Shown here: one piece after another, positions 38,541 through 49,546 of the stretch
Position numbering within the stretch: the stretch's first letter is position 1
How the letters are laid out: every line of letters begins with the position of its first letter
Assembly: GCA_018242505.1 (NCBI GenBank)
Contig: JAFEBU010000077.1
Location: forward strand, 1,953-65,952
DNA length: 64,000 bases
DNA from: Pseudomonadota bacterium
GTDB lineage: Bacteria; Pseudomonadota; Alphaproteobacteria; Reyranellales; Reyranellaceae
Reading direction: 5' to 3'
Notes under the pieces: generated by a model
What the model was told of the DNA's origin: nothing
Seen by the model: the letters and a program-made list of their open reading frames with translations, nothing else
The model's database searches: none
Position numbers and translations under genes: made by a program

Positions 38541-41500
38541 ATGCGCTTTGAGCGCCGGAACACGCGAGCAGGAAAGTCGCCATTCGAAGGAGTGGCGTTT
38601 CGTGCTGCCGATTCCGAAATCCGTAATCCCGACGGCACGATCGTCTTCCGGCAGGAAGATATCGACGTTCCCGCCGACTGGTCGCAGGTTGCGACCGACG
38701 TCCTGGCACAGAAGTACTTCCGGCGTGCCGGCATCGCTCGACGTCTTGCACGCGTCGCCGAGGACGACGTACCCGAGTGGCTGTGGCGCTCTGCCCCCGA
38801 TGAGGGCGCGCTGGCGGCACTGCCGGAAGAGCAACGCTTCGGCGGCGAACGGTCGGCGCGCCAGGTGTTCCAGCGTATGGCCGGCGCGTGGACCTATTGG
38901 GGCTGGAAGGGCGGCTACTTCGACAGCGAAAACGATGCACGCGCGTTCCACGACGAGATCTGCTTCGCGCTGGCGGCCCAGTTGTGTGCTCCCAATTCGC
39001 CGCAATGGTTCAACACCGGACTGCACTGGGCCTACGGCATCGACGGACCGGATCAAGGCCATTGGTTCGTCGATCATCGCGACGGTGCCGCCTACCCTTC
39101 CGATTCGGCCTATGAACGGCCCCAGCCGCACGCGTGCTTCATCCAGGGCGTTGCCGACGAACTGGTGAGCGACGGCGGCATCATGGATCTGTGGGTCCGC
39201 GAGGCCCGGCTGTTCAAATACGGCTCGGGGACCGGTTCCAACTTCTCCCGGCTGCGGGCCGCGGGCGAGAAATTGTCGGGCGGTGGCAAGTCCTCCGGCC
39301 TCATGTCCTTCCTCAAGATCGGCGATCGTGCGGCCGGCGCAATCAAGTCAGGCGGCACCACGCGTCGCGCGGCCAAGATGGTCGTGGTCGACGCCGACCA
39401 TCCCGACATCGAGGAGTTCGTCTCCTGGAAGATGCTTGAGGAGCAGAAGGTGGCCGCCTTGGTGGCGGGCTCGCGCCTGGCCAACCGGCATCTCAATGCC
39501 ATCATGCGCGCCTGCCTCGAGAGCGACATCCAAGGCGACAGTGCATTCGATCCAAAGCGCAATTCGCGCCTGCGCCAGGAGATCGTGGCGGCGCGGGCGG
39601 CCGAGCTCCCCGAGAACTACATCCAGCGGGTCATCCAGTTCGCCCGCCAGGGCTATCGTCACATCGAGTTTCCGGCCTTCGACACCGACTGGGAATCGGA
39701 GGCCTATGCGACGGTGGCGGGCCAGAACGCCAACAACTCGGTGCGGGTCACCGACGCCTTTCTCCGCGCGGTCGAGGCCGACCGGGACTGGGCCCTGACC
39801 GAACGCACCACCGGCAAGGTCGCTCGCACGATCGCCGCGACCGCGCTCTGGGAGCGTATCGCAGAAGCCGCCTGGCACTCGGCCGACCCCGGCGTGCAGT
39901 TCGACACCACGATCAACGACTGGCACACCTGCCCGGAATCGGGACGCATCAATGCCTCCAATCCGTGCTCGGAGTACATGTTCCTCGACGACACGGCCTG
40001 CAATCTTGCCTCGCTGAACCTGTTGAAGTTCCGGCGCGGCGACGGCACCGTCGATGTCGCGGCATTCGAGCATGCGGTCCGTCTGTGGACCGTCGTCCTG
40101 GAGATTTCCGTGATGATGGCGCAGTACCCCTCGCGCCGCATCGCCGAGCTTTCCTATCGCTATCGCACGCTGGGGCTGGGGTACGCCAATCTCGGCGCCC
40201 TGCTGATGGCCTCCGGGCTGAGTTACGATTCGGCGCAGGGCCGGGCCATTGCTGGCGCCATCACCGCGATAATGACTGGCGCCGCCTACGCAGCCTCGGC
40301 CGAAATGGCGAAGCTGATGGGCGCGTTTCCCGGCTTCGTCGCCAATCGCGAGTCCATGCTGCGGGTCATCCGCAACCATCGCCGCGCCGCCTATGGGGAA
40401 GAGCAAGGCTACGAGGCCCTGTCGACGCCGCCGGTCGCACTTGATGCGATCAACTGCCCGGACACTGCGCTGGTCGTGGCCGCGCAGCGCGCCTGGGATC
40501 GTGCGCTTGCCATGGGCGAAGAGTACGGTTTCCGCAACGCCCAGGTCTCGGTCATTGCCCCCACGGGCACGATCGGCCTGGTGATGGATTGCGACACCAC
40601 GGGTATCGAGCCCGATTTCGCCCTGGTGAAGTTCAAGAAGCTGGCGGGCGGCGGCTACTTCAAGATCATCAACCGCACGGTGCCGCTGGCCCTGCAAACA
40701 CTGGGTTATGACGCGGCGGCGATCGCGCGCATCGTCGCCCATGCCGTTGGACACGGCACACTGAAATCGGCGCCCGCGATCAATCACGAGACGCTGGCGG
40801 CACGCGGCTTCGATGCAATGACGTTGCAACGCATCGACAAGGCGCTCGCCACGGCCTTCGACATCCGCTTCGCCTTCTCGCGTTACACGTTGGGCGACGA
40901 GTTCTGCCGCACAGTGCTGGCGCTCGACGATGCAGCGCTTGCCGATCCGGAACTCGACCTGTTGAGGCGACTTGGTTTCTCCCGCAACGACATCGCGGCG
41001 GCCAACATCCATGCCTGCGGAACGATGTCGATCGAGGGTGCGCCCGACCTGAAGCGCGAACACCTCGCCGTTTTCGATTGTGCAAATCCCTGTGGACGAG
41101 ATGGCAAGCGCTGCTTGTCTGCAGAAAGCCACATACGCATGATGGCTGCGGCACAACCGTTCATATCGGGCGCAATCTCGAAAACGATCAACATGCCGAA
41201 TGCCGCCACGGTCGAGGATTGTCGCAAGGCCTACGAGATGTCGTGGAGGCTGGGCCTCAAGGCCAATGCTCTCTACCGCGACGGCTCGAAGCTGTCGCAA
41301 CCGCTCTCCGCTCTCGCCCTTGGCGAGGACAAGGCGGCGAACGACGACCTTCTCGAGCTTCCACCCGTCGCGCGCGCCCCGGTCATCGCCGAGCGCATCG
41401 TGGAACGGATCGTCGAGCGCGAGGTGCGCCGTCGCGGCCGCGAGCGCCTGCCGCAGCGGCGCAAAGGCTACACGCAGAAGGCGATCGTCGGCGGCCACAA

Positions 41501-42239
41501 GGTCTATCTGCGCACCGGCGAATACGAGGACGGCCGGGTCGGCGAGATTTTTGTCGACATGCACAAGGAGGGGGCTGCCTTCCGCAGCCTGATGAACAAC
41601 TTCGCGATCGCGATCTCGATCGGCTTGCAATACGGCGTACCGCTGGAAGAATTCGTCGAGGCCTATACCTTCACGCGGTTCGAGCCGAGCGGCATCGTCG
41701 AAGGCAATGACGCGATCAAGATGTCGACCTCGCTGCTCGACTACATCTTCCGCGAGCTCGCGATCTCGTACCTCGGGCGCAACGATCTCGCCCATGTCGA
41801 GCAGGCCGACCTTCGCCCGGACGGCGTCGGCCGCGGCCAGCTCGACGACGGGTTGCCGACCGACGGCACCGACGCGGCGCAGGCTGCCGCGGCGGCCGTC
41901 AGCCGAATCGCCAGCGTCGGCTATTTGCGCAGCAACCTCCAAGGATTGAACGGCCGGGCGGCCGACAGAGTCGCGATCGCCAACGAGGCGGTCGCGACCG
42001 GCCCCGCGCCCATCGAACTGACGGACGGCCCAGCCGTCGCTTCGGCGCACATCGCCCAGGCGGCCGTCGTCGGCGTCGCGCCCGGAGGGGCATCCTCCTC
42101 ACCCGTGGGTCTGGCCGTCGAGGCACGGCTCAAGGGGTTCGAAGGGGATGCCTGTCCGGAATGCGGCAACTTCACCATGGTCCGTAACGGGACGTGCCTC
42201 AAATGCACGACCTGCGGCGGCACCACGGGATGCAGTTGA
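38541..42239 (+). CDS. nrdJ: Vitamin B12-dependent (class II) ribonucleotide reductase
   Basis: [25 protein letters not shown] and IAPTGTI motifs; TSCPD-type domain; C-terminal Zn ribbon CPEC...CTTC. Confidence 0.95.
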   Translation: MRFERRNTRAGKSPFEGVAFRAADSEIRNPDGTIVFRQEDIDVPADWSQVATDVLAQKYFRRAGIARRLARVAEDDVPEWLWRSAPDEGALAALPEEQRFGGERSARQVFQRMAGAWTYWGWKGGYFDSENDARAFHDEICFALAAQLCAPNSPQWFNTGLHWAYGIDGPDQGHWFVDHRDGAAYPSDSAYERPQPHACFIQGVADELVSDGGIMDLWVREARLFKYGSGTGSNFSRLRAAGEKLSGGGKSSGLMSFLKIGDRAAGAIKSGGTTRRAAKMVVVDADHPDIEEFVSWKMLEEQKVAALVAGSRLANRHLNAIMRACLESDIQGDSAFDPKRNSRLRQEIVAARAAELPENYIQRVIQFARQGYRHIEFPAFDTDWESEAYATVAGQNANNSVRVTDAFLRAVEADRDWALTERTTGKVARTIAATALWERIAEAAWHSADPGVQFDTTINDWHTCPESGRINASNPCSEYMFLDDTACNLASLNLLKFRRGDGTVDVAAFEHAVRLWTVVLEISVMMAQYPSRRIAELSYRYRTLGLGYANLGALLMASGLSYDSAQGRAIAGAITAIMTGAAYAASAEMAKLMGAFPGFVANRESMLRVIRNHRRAAYGEEQGYEALSTPPVALDAINCPDTALVVAAQRAWDRALAMGEEYGFRNAQVSVIAPTGTIGLVMDCDTTGIEPDFALVKFKKLAGGGYFKIINRTVPLALQTLGYDAAAIARIVAHAVGHGTLKSAPAINHETLAARGFDAMTLQRIDKALATAFDIRFAFSRYTLGDEFCRTVLALDDAALADPELDLLRRLGFSRNDIAAANIHACGTMSIEGAPDLKREHLAVFDCANPCGRDGKRCLSAESHIRMMAAAQPFISGAISKTINMPNAATVEDCRKAYEMSWRLGLKANALYRDGSKLSQPLSALALGEDKAANDDLLELPPVARAPVIAERIVERIVEREVRRRGRERLPQRRKGYTQKAIVGGHKVYLRTGEYEDGRVGEIFVDMHKEGAAFRSLMNNFAIAISIGLQYGVPLEEFVEAYTFTRFEPSGIVEGNDAIKMSTSLLDYIFRELAISYLGRNDLAHVEQADLRPDGVGRGQLDDGLPTDGTDAAQAAAAAVSRIASVGYLRSNLQGLNGRAADRVAIANEAVATGPAPIELTDGPAVASAHIAQAAVVGVAPGGASSSPVGLAVEARLKGFEGDACPECGNFTMVRNGTCLKCTTCGGTTGCS

Positions 42240-42317
42240 GCATGCGTGGCGTAGCGTACCCGCGTACTCCGGGGACCTCGCGGTTGGGGACCTCATAGCT
42301 AACCATAGGAGACAGTT

Positions 42318-42374
42318 ATGGCTGCTAAGAAAAAGGCTGCTAAGAAAAAGGCTGCTAAGAAGAAGAAGCAGTAA
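42318..42374 (+). CDS. 18-aa Lys/Ala micro-protein MAAKKKAAKKKAAKKKKQ
   Basis: AGGAGA RBS at 42307-42312, 5 nt before ATG; (GCTGCTAAGAAAAAG)x2 plus a variant unit; TAA stop; below the ORF-track cutoff. Confidence 0.7.
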   Translation: MAAKKKAAKKKAAKKKKQ

Positions 42375-42381
42375 AAATAAG

Positions 42382-42519
42382 GAAAGGGCGTAGGCCAAAG
42401 CTCAACTTTGGCCCCTCTAACCGACGCCTTTCGGCTTCCGTGTGGGTGCCCTCTCGGCCCCACCGGAAGCCACCTTCAAATTCAAACATTGAGCCAATAC
42501 GACGTCTCGCTTGCGAGAC
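42382..42519 (+). ncRNA. Putative structured RNA or long structured 3' region downstream of the micro-ORF
   Basis: Stems seen directly: GGCCAAAG/CTTTGGCC inside GAAAGGGCGT/ACGCCTTTC; GGCTTCCG/CGGAAGCC with inner GTGGG/CCCAC and GCC/GGC; GTCTCG-CTTG-CGAGAC. Confidence 0.5.
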
Positions 42520-42541
42520 CGGGAAGGCGAAACTGATTAGT

Positions 42542-42573
42542 GTCCGGCGACCACGGTCTGCCGGACTTTTTTT
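42542..42573 (+). terminator. Intrinsic terminator
   Basis: GTCCGGC-GACC-AC-GGTC-T-GCCGGAC followed by T7. Confidence 0.88.
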
Positions 42574-42635
42574 GCTCCTGGAACCAGGTCCGAGATCGGC
42601 CTCAATCCTTCCAAGATTCGCGCTATGCTCGGGCC

Positions 42636-43814
42636 ATGCCGGATGATTCGCCAACTGTCGGCCTGCGCGTCGTCGAATCACTTGCCGCGGTCGACGCCGC
42701 GCAATGGGACGCCTGCGCGCTCGCCCCGGGCGCCGCGGGCAATCCATTCCTGACACATCGCTTTCTGAAGGCGCTGGAGGATTCGAAATCGGTTGGCCGC
42801 CGCACCGGCTGGCAGCCCCAGTACCTGCTGGCGGAAACAGCGGATGGAACGTTGCACGGCGCCGCGCCGCTTTATCTCAAGGGCCACAGCCAGGGCGAAT
42901 ATGTCTTCGATCATGGCTGGGCACAGGCCTTCGAACGCGCCGGTGGCCGCTACTATCCCAAGCTCCAGATCGCGGTCCCGTTCACGCCGGTCCCGGGCCC
43001 ACGACTGTTCGCCCGCCCGGGGACGATGGCCGACGCGGTGCGCGACGCCATGATCGACATGCTGGCCAAGATCGCCAAAGACAACGGCATCAGCTCGGTG
43101 CACGCGACATTCTGCAGCGAGACCGACTGGAATCGGTTCGGCGCGCACGGATGGCTGCAGCGGCTGGGGCAGCAATATCACTGGCATAATGCCGGCTATC
43201 GGACGTTCGACGACTTCCTCGGCGCCCTCGCCTCGCGCAAGCGCAAGGCGATCCGCAAGGAGCGGGAGTCGGTCCGGCGCGAAGGCCTGGAGGTGCGCGC
43301 CCTCACCGGGGCCGACATCACGCCGCGACATTGGGATGCCTTCTTCGCCTTCTACATGGACACCGGCGGACGCAAATGGGGCTCGCCCTATCTGACTCGC
43401 GCCTTCTTCGACATCCTGGGCGCCACCATGGCCGACAAGGTCGTTCTGATCATGGCCGAAGCCGACGGCCGGCCGGTCGGCGGCGCGCTCAATCTCCGCG
43501 GCGACGATACGCTCTACGGCCGTTATTGGGGTTGCCTCGAAAGCCATTCGTTCCTGCATTTCGAAGCCTGTTATTATCAGGCGATCGATTTCGCGATCGC
43601 TCACGGCCTGGAGCGTGTCGAAGCCGGCGCCCAAGGCGATCATAAGATTCAGCGCGGCTATCTTCCGGTGCCGACCTATTCCGCCCACTGGATCGTCGAT
43701 CCCGGCTTCCGGAGCGCCGTCGAGGACTATCTCAGGCGCGAACGGCCGGCCGTCCAGCAGGAGATCGACGGCCTGCAGGAGTATTCGCCGTTCCGGAAGG
43801 AGAACGAGAAGTAA
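42636..43814 (+). CDS. GNAT/FemAB-like protein (DUF482 type)
   Basis: LYLKGHSQGEYVFDHGWA, YYPKLQ..VPFTPVPGPR, HFEACYYQAI and EAGAQG motifs. Confidence 0.9.
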   Translation: MPDDSPTVGLRVVESLAAVDAAQWDACALAPGAAGNPFLTHRFLKALEDSKSVGRRTGWQPQYLLAETADGTLHGAAPLYLKGHSQGEYVFDHGWAQAFERAGGRYYPKLQIAVPFTPVPGPRLFARPGTMADAVRDAMIDMLAKIAKDNGISSVHATFCSETDWNRFGAHGWLQRLGQQYHWHNAGYRTFDDFLGALASRKRKAIRKERESVRREGLEVRALTGADITPRHWDAFFAFYMDTGGRKWGSPYLTRAFFDILGATMADKVVLIMAEADGRPVGGALNLRGDDTLYGRYWGCLESHSFLHFEACYYQAIDFAIAHGLERVEAGAQGDHKIQRGYLPVPTYSAHWIVDPGFRSAVEDYLRRERPAVQQEIDGLQEYSPFRKENEK

Positions 43815-43826
43815 CGCGTGGCGGCG

Positions 43827-44000
43827 TCACTTCTTCTCGATCATCAGGATCCCAAGGAAGAAGATGATGAAGAAGATAAGCTGCTTCGTCAGGTCAAGCG
43901 GCGCCTGCCAGTGGAGCTTGTCGACAATGATCGTCGCCACCCAGAAGACCGCGGTGGCGAGCACCGCGGCCCGGAAGGCAAGCCAGAGAGGCCGGAACAT
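43827..44000 (-). CDS. 57-aa two-TM small membrane protein coupled to clpA
   Basis: ATG overlaps the clpA TGA (TGATG); [57 protein letters not shown]. Confidence 0.72.
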   Translation of the reverse strand: MFRPLWLAFRAAVLATAVFWVATIIVDKLHWQAPLDLTKQLIFFIIFFLGILMIEKK

Positions 44001-46315
44001 CAGTCGGCGAGCACCGGTTCCTGACTGGCGGGAGGTAAGGCGCCGCGCTCAGGCGGCAGGAAAGTGAAGACGAGCTTGGCCGCCGCGCCTTCTCCCTGGG
44101 CGTCGACCCGGACCGTGCCGCCGCCGTTGGCGAGACTGCCAAACAGCACTTCCTCGGCCAGCGGCTTCTTGAGGTGCTCCTGGATGACGCGGGCCAACGG
44201 CCGGGCACCGAACAGCTTGTCGTAACCCTTCTCCGCCAGCCACCGCCGCGCCGAATCGCTGAGCTCGATAAAGACCTTGCGGTCGGCGAGTTGCACCTCG
44301 AGCTCGGCCACGAACTTGTCCACCACCTTGCCCATGCTCTCGGGGCCGAGGTTGGCGAACTTGATGATCGCGTCCAACCGATTGCGGAACTCCGGCGCGA
44401 ACAGACGGTTGATGGCCTCGTCATCCTCGTCGCTCCGCGCCTCGCGGCCGAAGCCCAGGGCCGGCTTGGCGATGTCGGCCGCGCCGGCATTGGTCGTCAT
44501 GCACAGGATGACGTTGCGGAAGTCCACGGTCCGGCCGTTGTGGTCGGTGAGCTTGCCGTAATCCATCACCTGCAGAAGGACGTTGAACACGTCGGGGTGA
44601 GCCTTTTCGATTTCGTCGAAGAGGATCACGCAGTGCGGATGCTGGTTGACCTTGTCGGTCAGAAGGCCGCCCTGGTCGAAGCCGACATATCCCGGCGGCG
44701 CGCCGATCAGACGCGAGACACTGTGCCGTTCCATGTATTCGGACATATCGAAGCGGACCAGCTCGAGGCCGAGCAGCCGTGCAAGCTGGCGCGTCACCTC
44801 GGTCTTGCCGACGCCGGTAGGACCGGCCAGCAGGTATGAACCGATCGGCTTCTCCGGCGAGCGCAGGCCCGCCCGGGCAAGCTTGATCGCAGCCGCGAGC
44901 TGGTCGATCGCCCTGTCCTGGCCGAACACCACGGTCTTCAGATCGCGGTCGATGTTGCGCAGCATCTCGGTGTCATCCTTCGACACGCTCTTGGGAGGGA
45001 TGCGCGCGATCTTGGCGACGATCTCCTCGATGTCCGGCACGTCGATGGTCGACTTGCGCGCATCCTGCGGCCGCAGCATCTGGGCCGCGCCCACCTCGTC
45101 GATCACGTCGATCGACTTGTCGGGCAGCTTGCGGTCGTGGATGTAGCGGGCCGCCAGTTCCACCGAGGCCTTGATGGCGTCGTCGGTATAGGTGACGTGG
45201 TGGTGCTTCTCGTAGACCGTCTTCAGGCCCTTCATGATCTCGACCGCATCGGCGATCGAGGGCTCGGGCACGTCGATCTTCTGGAAGCGGCGCACCAGGG
45301 CGCGGTCCTTCTCGAAGTAGTTCCGGTATTCCTTGTAGGTCGTCGAGCCAATGCAGCGCAGTTCGCCCGACTGCAGCGATGGCTTCAGAAGGTTCGACGC
45401 ATCCATCGAGCCGCCCGACGTGGCGCCGGCGCCGATGATCGTATGGATCTCGTCGATGAACAGCACGGAATTGGGCTTCTTCTTGAGTTCCGACAGCACG
45501 GCCTTCAGCCGCTCCTCGAAGTCGCCGCGATAGCGCGTGCCGGCAAGCAGCGCGCCCATGTCGAGCGCATAGATCACCGATTCCTTGAGCACATCGGGCA
45601 CCTCGCCCTCGATGATCTTGCGCGCAAGCCCCTCGGCGATCGCCGTCTTGCCGACGCCGGGCTCGCCGACATAGAGCGGATTGTTCTTGGTCCGGCGGCA
45701 CAGCACCTGGATCGTGCGCTCGACCTCGTGTTCGCGGCCGATCAGCGGATCGACTCGGCCCTCGCGCGCCTTCTGGTTCAGATCCACGCAATAGGCGGCC
45801 AGCGCCTCGTTGCCCTGCTTTACAGCGGCCTCGCCATTCTCCTCCTCCGCGCCGCTGACGCGGCGGGCACGAGCGCGGCCCGGCACCTTGGCCTTGCCGT
45901 GGCTGATATAGTCGACCGCGTCGAGCCGCGACATGCCCTGGTTCTCGAGAAAGGACACGGCGTGGCTATCGCGCTCGGAGAACAACGCCACCAGAACGTT
46001 GGCGCCTGTCACTTCCTTGCGGCCCGAGGATTGCACGTGCACTGCCGCGCGCTGCACGACCCGCTGGAAGCCGGCCGTCGGCAGTGGCTCGCTCGGCGTC
46101 TGGGTGACGATGCCTTTCAACCGATTGTCGATGAAGGCTTCAAGATCGTGCCGAAGACGATCGATATCGACCCCGCATGCCTTGAGCACGGGGGTTGCAT
46201 CGTCATCCTCCGTCATCGCCAGGAGCAGATGCTCGAGTGTCGCGTATTCGTGCCGCCGCTCTCCGGCGAGCGCAAAAGCGCGGTGGAGGGACTTCTCGAG
46301 GTTCTTGGACAACAT
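44000..46315 (-). CDS. clpA: ATP-dependent Clp protease ATP-binding subunit ClpA
   Basis: Clp N domain; Walker A GEPGVGKT and GPTGVGKT; FDMSEYME and FRNRLD; downstream of clpS. Confidence 0.96.
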   Translation of the reverse strand: MLSKNLEKSLHRAFALAGERRHEYATLEHLLLAMTEDDDATPVLKACGVDIDRLRHDLEAFIDNRLKGIVTQTPSEPLPTAGFQRVVQRAAVHVQSSGRKEVTGANVLVALFSERDSHAVSFLENQGMSRLDAVDYISHGKAKVPGRARARRVSGAEEENGEAAVKQGNEALAAYCVDLNQKAREGRVDPLIGREHEVERTIQVLCRRTKNNPLYVGEPGVGKTAIAEGLARKIIEGEVPDVLKESVIYALDMGALLAGTRYRGDFEERLKAVLSELKKKPNSVLFIDEIHTIIGAGATSGGSMDASNLLKPSLQSGELRCIGSTTYKEYRNYFEKDRALVRRFQKIDVPEPSIADAVEIMKGLKTVYEKHHHVTYTDDAIKASVELAARYIHDRKLPDKSIDVIDEVGAAQMLRPQDARKSTIDVPDIEEIVAKIARIPPKSVSKDDTEMLRNIDRDLKTVVFGQDRAIDQLAAAIKLARAGLRSPEKPIGSYLLAGPTGVGKTEVTRQLARLLGLELVRFDMSEYMERHSVSRLIGAPPGYVGFDQGGLLTDKVNQHPHCVILFDEIEKAHPDVFNVLLQVMDYGKLTDHNGRTVDFRNVILCMTTNAGAADIAKPALGFGREARSDEDDEAINRLFAPEFRNRLDAIIKFANLGPESMGKVVDKFVAELEVQLADRKVFIELSDSARRWLAEKGYDKLFGARPLARVIQEHLKKPLAEEVLFGSLANGGGTVRVDAQGEGAAAKLVFTFLPPERGALPPASQEPVLAD

Positions 46316-46350
46316 CGACATCGAACACCTCGACCAAAAGCGAACGTTGC

Positions 46351-46779
46351 TTACTCTTTCTCCAGGGTACACTGCAGCGGATGTTGATTCTTGCGTGCAT
46401 AGTCGACCGTCTGCGTGACCTTCGTCTCGGCGACCTCGTAGGTATAGACACCGCATATGCCCACGCCCTTCTGATGGACGTGAAGCATGATCTGCGTGGC
46501 TTCCTCGCGGTTCTTCTGGAAGATGTGCTGCAGGACGTCGACCACGAACTCCATAGGGGTGTAGTCGTCGTTCAGCATCAACACCTTGTACATGGATGGC
46601 TTCTTGGTGCGCGTACGGGTGAGCGTCAGCGCTCCGGAGCGGCCCTCGCTGTTGTCTCCTTCCCCATCGTCCCGGCGCGCCGGCGGACGAGGCGGAACGC
46701 CGCCGCCCGGCGGTTCATTGGGGCCGCCCAACCAGCCATCGCCAAGGCGCCCGTCTTGTGCAGAACCGGAACAGAGCAT
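46351..46779 (-). CDS. clpS: Clp protease adaptor ClpS; start uncertain
   Basis: [25 protein letters not shown] and HPLQCTLE motifs. Confidence 0.95.
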   Translation of the reverse strand: MLCSGSAQDGRLGDGWLGGPNEPPGGGVPPRPPARRDDGEGDNSEGRSGALTLTRTRTKKPSMYKVLMLNDDYTPMEFVVDVLQHIFQKNREEATQIMLHVHQKGVGICGVYTYEVAETKVTQTVDYARKNQHPLQCTLEKE

Positions 46780-46841
46780 CGTCGTCAGCTGATCCCTCTC
46801 GAAGCCACCCGCGAATTATATAGGTACACCAAGCGATTCCG

Positions 46842-47561
46842 CTACCTCGGCCGCAAGCCATCCTTCCCCACCACCAGCATCCAGCGATCGCCACGTCCGC
46901 GTTGCGCCGAGTGGCTGTCGAAGCCCCGGCGGAACTCGGCCGGTTCGAGCTTGCGGGGACGATTCACGGGAACATTCACGTTGTCCCAGGCGAAAAGTTG
47001 CTCAGCGAATTTCACATTCACGAAACCGTCGGTCGGATAAAGGTAGGCTTGGAAGCCCCAAGCGCCGTTGCGACAGGACGCAACCGTCCACCAGAAGTCG
47101 TTGTCGGGCAGCCGCAAGCCGTCGCGCGGCGGCCCAAAGGCGGCACTCGCCTGCAATAAATCCATCAAATGCCGCGTTTCTGCGACGTCAAGCAGCCGCT
47201 GGCCGTGCTTCATGCGCCATGGGCTCAGAACGTCGGTGGGGCTTTCCGCCAGGATGTTGCTCACATTCCCTTGATCGGCAAGAACGCCGATGTTCAGGCC
47301 CGCGGTTCCGTCCGGTTGCAGGAAAATCTCGTATGTTCGGACTTGTTCCTCCCACAATGCGTTATACACGAGCCGAATGCGACTGCGGTTCCCGGGCCGG
47401 CAGGCCGCGCGAATATCGTCGCCACCGACATAGCTGAACCAATGGAAACTGCGCACGATGGGGGTATCGACGTTGCGGTCGGCGCGCTGTGCCCACGCAG
47501 CCCCGGATACCGGCAGGAGCAGGCACAGTGCCAAGGCGGACATTGTTGCTTGCGTTCGCAT
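46842..47561 (-). CDS. Secreted hypothetical protein
   Basis: RBS AGGAGG; signal peptide ending AAWA; no family recognised. Confidence 0.7.
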   Translation of the reverse strand: MRTQATMSALALCLLLPVSGAAWAQRADRNVDTPIVRSFHWFSYVGGDDIRAACRPGNRSRIRLVYNALWEEQVRTYEIFLQPDGTAGLNIGVLADQGNVSNILAESPTDVLSPWRMKHGQRLLDVAETRHLMDLLQASAAFGPPRDGLRLPDNDFWWTVASCRNGAWGFQAYLYPTDGFVNVKFAEQLFAWDNVNVPVNRPRKLEPAEFRRGFDSHSAQRGRGDRWMLVVGKDGLRPR

Positions 47562-47724
47562 AGGTGTTCCTCCTATCGCTCCTGCAGTTTCCGGGCCAAC
47601 TGCGGCAACAGGACGACCGTAGAAAAGTTGCACAACGGCACAAACTTTAGTAATCTTCAAGAAATTGCCTTAAGCCATTGGCTGGGCACAAGAAATCACT
47701 CGTACATCGTATGGCGTTTTTGAG

Positions 47725-49143
47725 ATGATCCCCTCCCTCAGGCGCTGTGCGGCGGGCATTGCCTGGCTCGTCGTAGGCTTTTTCATTCTCGCGCTGCTGG
47801 TGCCTCTCAATGCAGACGCGCAAGGACCGTCGACGAAGTCTCGTGCCGCGCCGACGCGCACGCATGGCCTATCGAAGGCTCGTCGGCATGCAACTCCCTG
47901 GATTCCCAATCCTGCCGTCACCGCAAAGGATTCCTACTTGATCGTGGACGCCACCAGCGGGCGCGAACTTGCCTCCGATCAACCCGACAGCCTGCGTCAC
48001 CCAGCGTCGCTTACCAAGCTCATGACGCTCTACCTTACCTTTTCCGCACTCGACTCCGGCCGGCTGTCGCTGGGCGATTCATTGAAAGTATCGAGTGCGG
48101 CTGCGAGCGCACCGCCGACCAAGATGGGTATGCCCGTCGGCGGCACTGTCATGGTGCGCGACGCAATCATGGGGCTCGTGACACGATCCGCCAACGATGC
48201 CGCCGTCTTGCTGGCCGAAGCCCTGGGCGGCTCCGAAGAGCAGTTCGCGCGTCTCATGACGCAGAAAGCGCGCCAGCTTGGCATGACCTCGACGGTCTAT
48301 CGCAATGCCTCGGGGCTGCCCAATCGCGAGCAGGTCACGACCGCTCGCGACATGGCGAAGCTTGCCCACGCCCTGCTTCGGGATTTCCCGCACTACTATC
48401 CGATCTTCTCGGTCCAGAGTTATCAGTATCACGGCCACCCACTGGCCAATCACAACCATATGCTCGGCAACTATCCCGGAGCCGATGGCCTGAAGACAGG
48501 CTACACTGCAGCGTCGGGGTTCAATCTCGTGATGTCGGCCATACAGGACAATCGACGGCTGATCGGCGTGGTCATGGGAGGCGACAGCCCCGGACAACGT
48601 GACAGGTTGATGGCCGAGCTGATGGATCGCGGTTTTGCGACCGCCCAGTCGCTACATCTTTCGCCCTGGACGACGCCGCGTGTGCCGCCGTCGGCGCGCT
48701 ATGCCGCCGCCAACTTCGTGCCCGGCTCCGCCATTCCCAATGTCGCCCGCGTCGGACAGGTCGTCCGTGCCGAGCCGGCAACGACTGCCAACGCCCTGCA
48801 ATCCACGAGTTCCATTCGCGTGGCCAGCAATGCCGCGACCGTGCCCGCCGCGAGCACCACCCCTGCCGTAGGGAGCTGGGTTATCCAGGTCGGCTCATTC
48901 TCGGACTCGCGCTCGGCGCAGCTCGTGCTGGAACGCGCCTCCACGATCCTGCCCGATCTCATGCGCGGCCACGCATCCACCACCATCGACGAAGTGCAGA
49001 TGGCACAGAAGACGTTCCATCGCGCACGCGTGACCAATCTGTCCCAGGCCGAAGCAGTCGATGGCTGCAAGCGCCTGGAGCAGAAGAAGATCTACTGCTC
49101 GGCGCTCGAGGTCACCTCCTGGAATACGCAGGGTGCGCGCTGA
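47725..49143 (+). CDS. D-alanyl-D-alanine carboxypeptidase (S11) with C-terminal SPOR-like domain
   Basis: PASLTKLM (SxxK), SANDA (SxN), GLKTGYT (KTG) and WVIQVGSF motifs. Confidence 0.92.
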   Translation: MIPSLRRCAAGIAWLVVGFFILALLVPLNADAQGPSTKSRAAPTRTHGLSKARRHATPWIPNPAVTAKDSYLIVDATSGRELASDQPDSLRHPASLTKLMTLYLTFSALDSGRLSLGDSLKVSSAAASAPPTKMGMPVGGTVMVRDAIMGLVTRSANDAAVLLAEALGGSEEQFARLMTQKARQLGMTSTVYRNASGLPNREQVTTARDMAKLAHALLRDFPHYYPIFSVQSYQYHGHPLANHNHMLGNYPGADGLKTGYTAASGFNLVMSAIQDNRRLIGVVMGGDSPGQRDRLMAELMDRGFATAQSLHLSPWTTPRVPPSARYAAANFVPGSAIPNVARVGQVVRAEPATTANALQSTSSIRVASNAATVPAASTTPAVGSWVIQVGSFSDSRSAQLVLERASTILPDLMRGHASTTIDEVQMAQKTFHRARVTNLSQAEAVDGCKRLEQKKIYCSALEVTSWNTQGAR

Positions 49144-49546
49144 ATGCGCGCCTGATCCGATCGACAAACGCCCGTTTATGACGGCGCTGCCAGAGCGCCA
49201 GGTCCCACGCACCGTCAACCGGTTCGAAGCGCTTCTCCAGCGGTTCGAAGACCGACACCGTCGTCAAAGCTGCATGGATCTCGACCGTCAGCGGCGCGAT
49301 CCGGTAACGCGGCCCCTCATAGGCCGCAAGCCGCGCCACATCGAGCGCACTCAGCCCCTGGACAATCGCTCCCTGCACTTGCCCGTTCGGGTCCCGCACG
49401 ATGATCGGATAGGTGACTCCGCGGGCCCGATATCGCGTGTGGCCGTGCAAGGTCGCCGAAATGAATGCCTGCGGCGGCAGTCGACGCCCCAGCACGATCG
49501 CTGTCACGTCCCGATCGAGCAGGGTGCCGTAGAAGAAGAACCGCAT
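49112..49546 (-). CDS. Gamma-glutamylcyclotransferase family protein
   Basis: FFFYGTL, YP.I and L.AYEG motifs. Confidence 0.85.
   Translation of the reverse strand: MRFFFYGTLLDRDVTAIVLGRRLPPQAFISATLHGHTRYRARGVTYPIIVRDPNGQVQGAIVQGLSALDVARLAAYEGPRYRIAPLTVEIHAALTTVSVFEPLEKRFEPVDGAWDLALWQRRHKRAFVDRIRRAFSAHPAYSRR

Noticed and set aside
42318-42573. tmRNA (two-piece ssrA) interpretation of the micro-ORF plus hairpins
   Set aside because: The ORF has its own SD and ATG and ends KKKQ rather than an ANDN...AA tag; no tRNA-like T-loop or CCA acceptor end was recognised.
43818-44024. Track ORF 68 aa on the + strand
   Set aside because: Antisense shadow of the 57-aa membrane ORF, which has translational coupling to clpA and a coherent TM pattern.
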